This document shows positions 24,286 to 28,766 of a DNA stretch of 28,766 nt, one piece after another. This DNA is from Vicugna vicugna (taxonomy: Eukaryota). The notes beneath the pieces were generated by a model, which searched no databases, had not been told where the DNA came from, and saw nothing but the letters and a program-made list of their open reading frames with translations. Numbering within the stretch: position 1 is the stretch's first letter; each line of letters begins with the position of its first letter. The position numbers and the translations under genes are program-made. The stretch lies in NCBI GenBank assembly GCA_013265495.1, contig MU058418.1, positions 2,999,491 through 3,028,256 of the forward strand, in the 5' to 3' direction.

Positions 24286-24530
24286 ATTTTGTGTGCAAAT
24301 TATGTGAGCCAGACATCCTGATAGCTTTTTTCTTTATTTTATACTGTGCTTAATTTTATAATTTTTCTGTTGATCAGTAGTTTGTCTGGAAGTATTAGAA
24401 AAACAAGCCCAAACTTATTTATTAAATGTCATAATACAAAGCTAAATTTCTTTCTACATTCTCAAGCATAACTATAATCAAATCATGTTTTCTTCATTAT
24501 TTCTGGTGAAAGGCAGTGTTTTCCCTAATT

Positions 24531-24680
24531 CAGTGGTAAGGCTTACCTAGGAGATGATGAGCAACAGGTTCCTGAGCCCCAGTCAAGACTCAGTGAATCA
24601 GGATATCCAGGGAAGAATCCCGATAATCTGCAGATTTGACAAGTGGCCCAGGTGCTAGGGATTTGGGGGAAACCCTAGTA
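24531..24680. mobile_element. MER5-like hAT-Charlie MITE
   Basis: CAGGTTCCTGAGCCCCA..AGACTCAGTGAATCAGGATATCCAGGG..AATCTGCA..TTTGACAAG..CCCAGGTG. Confidence 0.55.
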
Positions 24681-25869
24681 TAGAGGAAATGAGCTCCTGA
24701 ATCCGACTTTGCTTTGCTTAAGATTATGTTTTTCAACTTTTTTGACTATCCCTTTCATAGAAATATGTCATCTTACCACTCCTTAGAAATTTAAAAAATT
24801 ATTTCACATTTTATTATGGTCTGTGATGAGCTGATTTTAAATATAAAATATTTGAGTTATTATTAAAAATAATGTTCATTTATCCTAATAGACCATTTAA
24901 TAATATCAATCACACATGATCATGTTTGAGGGAACCCAATAAACATCAAATCTCTTCTGAGAGAAACATCTGAACTGAGAGATAAGACTTAGTGGGTCTA
25001 TGAGGAACCAAGATACCCTCTTTATTAATGATAAAAGTGGATATTAAAGAATATGGCTTATATCTGTGAGAATGAGGGCTTCCTAATTCTGAATTCCAAA
25101 AGTAGGCATATTTGCCCATCTTGTCACAGGTAATGCTGGAAAACTATAGGCTTCACTTGAAGAGACTGGCTCCTTCTCCCATATGGCAGTACTCAGATGC
25201 TCCTAGAGGCTGGTAGCTCTCAGGAGAATGGAAGTGAGTGTAAAACACAAACCCAGCCTCTTCGCCCAAATTCATTGATCTAATTACTTGCCTTCACCAG
25301 GAGGCACAGGGGAGAGTAGCAGGGATTGCTAGTCTAGTGAATCCCTCTTCACAGAAAAGGAAACATTTCCCATTTTTACAAGAGAAATATCCTGTTTAAT
25401 TTACCTTAAATTCATTATATTAAAAAAAAGCATACTTCCTTGATTTTTAAAAATCTTTGACATGCTTTTGTTTTTAAGACACAATTTATATAACATATAG
25501 ACTGAAATTAAACTTCATGTTATGGCATCAAAAGTAAATAAAAACAAACAAACTTGGTTTTATGTCCTGATATATCAATTCATGAATTTTGGTCTTAAAA
25601 AGTAACAGTTTATATTTATAATTTTTGGTGCTTTGTTTCTAAGTGCTATAAGAGAAAAGTTTTCCAGCCACTCATTTTAAGCATTTCTCTGTGATTCACA
25701 CATTGTGGATACAGGTGGACTTTATTCCCAATAAATGAGAAGCCAGACTACATTCACGAAACGATAGTTCTCTAGTTCAATATTTTTAACTGTTAGAAAC
25801 ATCTTAATGTACCATATGAAATTTTGATCCAGTGAATATAGTGCAGTTCATGTATAACAGAATAATTGA

Positions 25870-26075
25870 TGGGGATGCTTCTGGAGATTGACTGCCCAGA
25901 TCTGGTTCTGTAGTTCAAGCTGTGTGACTTTGGCCAACTTACTTAACCTTGGTTTTACCATCTGTAAAGTGGAGATAACAACAGTACTATTTCTTAGAAC
26001 TTAAATGAGACAAAGCGTGTCGTATTTAACACCGCTCCAGCTTGTATAAATTAAGTGCTAGATAAATATTAGCAT
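25870..26075 (+). mobile_element. MIR SINE
   Basis: AGCTGTGTGACTTTGGCCAACTTACTTAACCT..CATCTGTAAAGTGGAGATAA...ATAAATATTAGC. Confidence 0.8.
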
Positions 26076-27449
26076 TGGTTTATATATTTTAGGTACATTG
26101 TTTGCCAAAAAAAAGGAAAGTTATCCTAGACATAGAATAAGGGATGAATATGCAGAATTAAATAGCAGGCGCAGGTCACTTTAGACAATAATATACTTTT
26201 AAAATGTGTATAAATTGGATTAAAGTCAAACCAAGAGTTTCTTGTTTAAAAGGCTCTGGTATATTCTTCTATGACAAATATATTTTCCAATGTATATTAC
26301 ATAGTTATTCATGTTTAGACTTTCTCTCCACCTTTCATAAAAATTGGGAATATCTGTTTTGTAAGCCATAGCCATATCAAATAGAGCTTATATTCTAACC
26401 TTATCATAAAAATAAAATGCAACAACAATAAATAATTCAAGGAATTGCTGGTTCCGATCTCTATACTTTTTCCTTTTTATAACAAACTTCTTATGGAAAC
26501 TTCATAATATCAATGTGCATCTCAGTGGTAGTACTTGAGACATAAAAATGCCATAATTGGTGCTCAGTGAATTAATGAACAATGGAATTAGTTAATTCAT
26601 GAAGACTCAAACCTAAAAGTGTTCTGGGGAAAAAATAAGACTAACAGGAAAAGTTCATAGGTGTAAGTAACCGTATCATTCTTAAATAACCTGATCTTTT
26701 GGAACTAACAGTTAGGAATTCTCTATTTTGCCTCTCTGTATCTACATAATACTGCAGCTCTTTCTTTTATTATATTGTGGCATGACTATGAACCAGCACA
26801 GGGCTCAATTCTGTGTCATCTGATAGGCCCACCACACAACTATACCCCGCGTGTTACTTAGCAACATTTCCCTGCCACCCGCCTCATCTCCTGTCAGGAA
26901 ACCTGCTCAGAGGCTGTGGAACTTGGCAGGGATGAAGGAAAATCCAGTGACTGATACTTTATGTGTAGGACTTTTCAGAGGTTATAGATGACTTCTGCTT
27001 TTGGATGGTGGGTTCTTTTTTTCTTTCTTTCTTTGTAGCTTTTTTTCTTTATTTAAGGATTAGAATGTATGAAAGAATTTACTGCACAATAGAAGATACA
27101 GAGCAGAAACATGTTTGACTGGACTAGGGTTGTTCAGTACTGGTGATGCCACACCTTAATTGCTAAAGACATTGTTATTGGGAAATGCTGACACTGCCCT
27201 GCTCACACTTCAGGTTACAGCCCTGTTGAATTGAGCAATACACTACTCCACACTGGAGACCTGAATTTAAATGAGTTACAACTAACTTTTATGTAGGTCA
27301 GCAAGGTTCATGAAAAGGACAATAAATGAGTACAAAGGAGAAGGGAATCACTCCTTTCCATATAACTCCTTAGGCATAAGCATAAATCTGAGTGGATAAA
27401 GTAAATACTCTTTGAATATAATGATAATTCTGAGTGGATAAAGTAAATA

Positions 27450-27605
27450 CAAGACCTTTGAACAACATGAGTCTGAACTGCATGAGCGCACTTATACCCA
27501 GACTTTTCACTAAGTGCATACTACAATACTACATGGCCTGCAGTTGATTGAATCTGTGGGTGCAGACCAGCACATAAGGAGGGCCGGCTATTCAAGGGTC
27601 AACTG
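27450..27605 (+). mobile_element. Short Tigger2-family non-autonomous DNA transposon
   Basis: Ends CAAGACCTTTGAA... and ...TTCAAGGGTCAACTG are imperfect inverted repeats; TA flanks at 27448..27449 and 27606..27607. Confidence 0.8.
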
Positions 27606-27737
27606 TATACATCAATAGCCTATTTGGACACATCTAGGCTAAAATTACAGCAACACTTTGTTCATATAATTGTTTTCTTTAAAAAAATTAAGCTTTAAAA
27701 TATCCAATGGAAAATTAAGGTATTGAGATAAATTGAA

Positions 27738-27810
27738 CATTGAATTACAATGTTGTACACCTGAAAATAATAGAGTTATAAATCAACTATACTTCAACTA
27801 AAAATAGAAA
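27738..27810 (+). mobile_element. Very short L1 3' terminal fragment
   Basis: TTGTACACCTGAAAATAA..TTATAAATCAACTATACTTCAACTAAAAA is the reverse complement of the termini of the 11107 and 23125 copies. Confidence 0.7.
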
Positions 27811-28766
27811 GATTAAAGTGATTAATTACCTCCTTAAATATTGTTTTTCTTAGGAAAAGCTTATATTCATTTTAAGTCTAAGTAAAAGTAATGCTAGATG
27901 TGAAATAGGTTGTAGAAATATCAAGGTAAATGGAAGAGTTTCACATTTCCTTTGGGTCTGAAACTAAATAAGCAGTATTGTGACTTCACTATTCAGAGTA
28001 GATGAGAATTATCATATATAGTTAAACACATAAAATATTGTAATTTTTAATTAACTATGGGTAGAAATAACATGTTTTCTTTCATCCAAAATTATGATGA
28101 GTTTTATTTTTGGCCCACCCTACTTTCATAAGGATTTAATGATGGTAAATAGTGTGACCAACTGATAAGTAAATGTATGGTTTTTATTATCTCAGAATTT
28201 GAATGTCATTTAAAGAGGAAGCTACTTTAAAAGTGCAAACTTTAATATGACCAGATGCCAAAGTATACATAATTATCTGATGTTTATCCATAGATACTTT
28301 ATGTGCTTTACTGTTCTTAACAATGGCATCTCCTCTACTTCAAATTTTTGTAATTCTTACATTCTGTGAAATAAAATTCATTAGTTGAGTTTATACTGAA
28401 ATGTATGAATTCCTAGTTTCGTGCATTTTATGATGGGTCTTTTGAAGGGTCCTGATTTTATGCTTTCACAAAGTGTGAAGTATGCAGTAGACAAAAGTAA
28501 ATTTTGCCAAGTTTAAAAACTACAGTTGTGGATTTTGAATAAGTAACACTAAACTGGTTCTGTAAAAAATATGAAGGTTGGTTTGCTTATGAATATCAGA
28601 GAAAGTTCTCTCCACATTCTGAGTGCAAGGCTGAAAATTCTCAGCAAAGGCTGTCTCAAATAGAGATCTCAATACCACATAGTTTGTTAAAGTTTCAACA
28701 AGGGACTAAGAAGAAAACTCCATTCCCACACACACACAAAAATGTAATCTTACATTTTTAAAAAAA

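Noticed and set aside
27387..27450. Repeat-spacer-repeat as a CRISPR-like array
   Set aside because: Only two copies, mammalian context and no cas genes.

Overview
Mammalian genomic DNA, most likely from a camelid (inferred from four tRNA-Ala-headed SINEs resembling the Vic-1 family). The only protein-coding sequence is the first coding exon of CDK19 on the minus strand (2427..2300, 128 bp, GT donor). It lies in a CpG island with ZNF143-type, NF-Y, GC-box and CRE-like motifs. Bases 1..2299 are CDK19 intron 1. The remaining ~25 kb is upstream sequence (toward AMD1 by recalled human synteny) dominated by transposon fossils: L2, MIR, L1, ERVL/MaLR/ERV1 LTRs, and Tigger and hAT DNA transposons. 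There is a 259-N assembly gap at 14369..14627. The most notable observations are an out-of-frame uORF overlapping the CDK19 start codon, a TSD-bounded L1 lacking almost all of ORF2, a triplicated target site holding an apparently retrocopied MaLR-LTR fragment, and a hAT element with both ends and its 8-bp TSD plus two nested insertions. I found no evidence of a novel protein-coding system. Repeat subfamily names come from recalled consensus sequences, not from a search, and most repeat boundaries are approximate.
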